Shown in pieces: positions 62,772 to 64,000 of a DNA stretch of 64,000 bases. Location of the stretch: the NCBI RefSeq assembly GCF_902652985.1, contig NC_047021.1:12462001-12526000 (forward strand). Reading direction: 5' to 3'. The notes under the pieces are model-generated. The model saw nothing but the letters and a program-made list of their open reading frames with translations, was not told the DNA's origin and did not search any database. The translations under genes and the position numbers were made by a program. Numbering within the stretch: the first letter of the stretch is position 1; each line of letters begins with the position of its first letter. Origin of the DNA: Pecten maximus (Eukaryota).

Positions 62772-64000
62772 ATATCGAAACAACTAGAATGTTTAAAGGG
62801 GTGTCAGGGGGAGAGGCATACGCTTGAAATAACCTCATGGAACGTTAACCGCGGTTTGGTGCGCAAATTGGTAGAACCAGGTTTTATTGACGTTATTTTC
62901 TGTTCAGACATTACATTTCTGTCCGAGTGTTGGGTCAGTGATGATAGTGACTTAAATTCTAGTCTTCTTCATGATGATTTTAATATTTTGTCATTTCCTC
63001 GTAAAAAGGGTAAAGGTGGAGGTATTATTTTGTTGTATAACAAAAAATTAGATGTTTCTGTTGTTAAGTGTGTAGCAGACACACTTCTTTGGGTTAAAAT
63101 TAGGCAATTCGCTGCAGATTATATATATATATGTTTTTCCTATATACCACATGATAACAATGTTTATTATACTTTGTATGAAAACGATGTCTTTGATCTG
63201 ATTGAAAATGATGTTACGTTTTTCACACAATTTGGCACCGTTATCATTGCCGGTGATCTCAATAGTAGAATTGGAAACTCAGTTGACTATATAGAGTCAG
63301 ATACCGTGCCCCGACCAATTCTCAATACGAATATGTTTGTATACGACAATGATACTGTTATGCCAAACCGTATATCAGCTGATGGTACTGTTAATACATT
63401 TGGTCGTAAACTGTTAGAACTATGTAAAAGTACTGGCCTCCGGGTTTGTAATGGTAGGTCACCTGGTGACAACACAGGTAAATCGACGTTTTACAATCAT
63501 TTGGGGTCAAGTGTTATTGATTATGTTCTTATTCACAGAGACTCCTTTGATATGATCACCAAAGTTAAAGTGCATGATTTCAATGAATGGTCTGGCCATG
63601 CCCCGATTGCTTTTAATATTGATGTTTTATTTAAACCGGTTGAGATGCCTGCCAGTGTTGATAACGTTCAAAATAATTTAAAAGCAAATGTGTATAAATG
63701 GAATCCTGATGAAGAAGCTCAAATGAATAGTAATTTAAATGACAACATTCTTGTACTGAAAAGCATTGTTAATGATATGCAGTCATCAATAGTTTCCGTA
63801 GATCACGGAATTGATCTTTTTTCGTCTGTTATCAATGAAATATTTAGCCCATGTTGTAAAATAAACCATCGTGTCCATAAACCTTGGTTTGGTGATAAAT
63901 GTATTCGTCTTTACCGCTCGTATAGACGAAAATTATCTTCCTTTAATTCCAATAGAAGTCCTGCTAACAGACAGTCCCTTGTCGAATCTAAGCGTAAGTA
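62772..64000 (+). mobile_element. LINE ORF2 5' part (apurinic-like endonuclease), truncated by the window end
   Basis: Stop-free frame of ~409 codons, absent from the ORF track: ITSWNVNRGL...DITFLSECW...KGGGIILL...IIAGDLNSRIG...NTFGRKLLELCKSTGLRVCNGR...TFYNHLGSSVIDY...SGHAPI...KPWFGDKC. Confidence 0.92.

Overview
Eukaryotic, AT-rich, intron-containing animal DNA, most likely a bivalve mollusc (inferred from the gene and repeat families; species not determinable). The left ~45 kb is a tandem cluster of sigma-class (S-crystallin/H-PGDS-like) glutathione S-transferases. Five intact 5-exon genes share almost the same exon sizes (133/93/116/111/165 nt): one on the minus strand and four on the plus strand. 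A degraded GST pseudogene lies at 2231-4199. A duplicated promoter block at the window start predicts a further paralog just outside the window. The paralogs differ at key sites: one lacks the catalytic Tyr8, one has an alpha4-alpha5 insertion, and exon 2 appears gene-converted between two copies. The right part holds a 655-aa secreted tyrosinase-like gene (minus), a frameshifted PIF/Harbinger-IS5-like DDE transposase, a CBM14 chitin-binding exon, and a LINE endonuclease ORF running off the end. Large minisatellites (up to 6.2 kb), a tRNA-derived SINE and several MITEs are interspersed. There is no CRISPR array or prokaryotic system, and no wholly new system is demonstrable. The best lead is functional diversification within the GST cluster. 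Most ORFs in the supplied track are spurious (repeat-derived or intronic).
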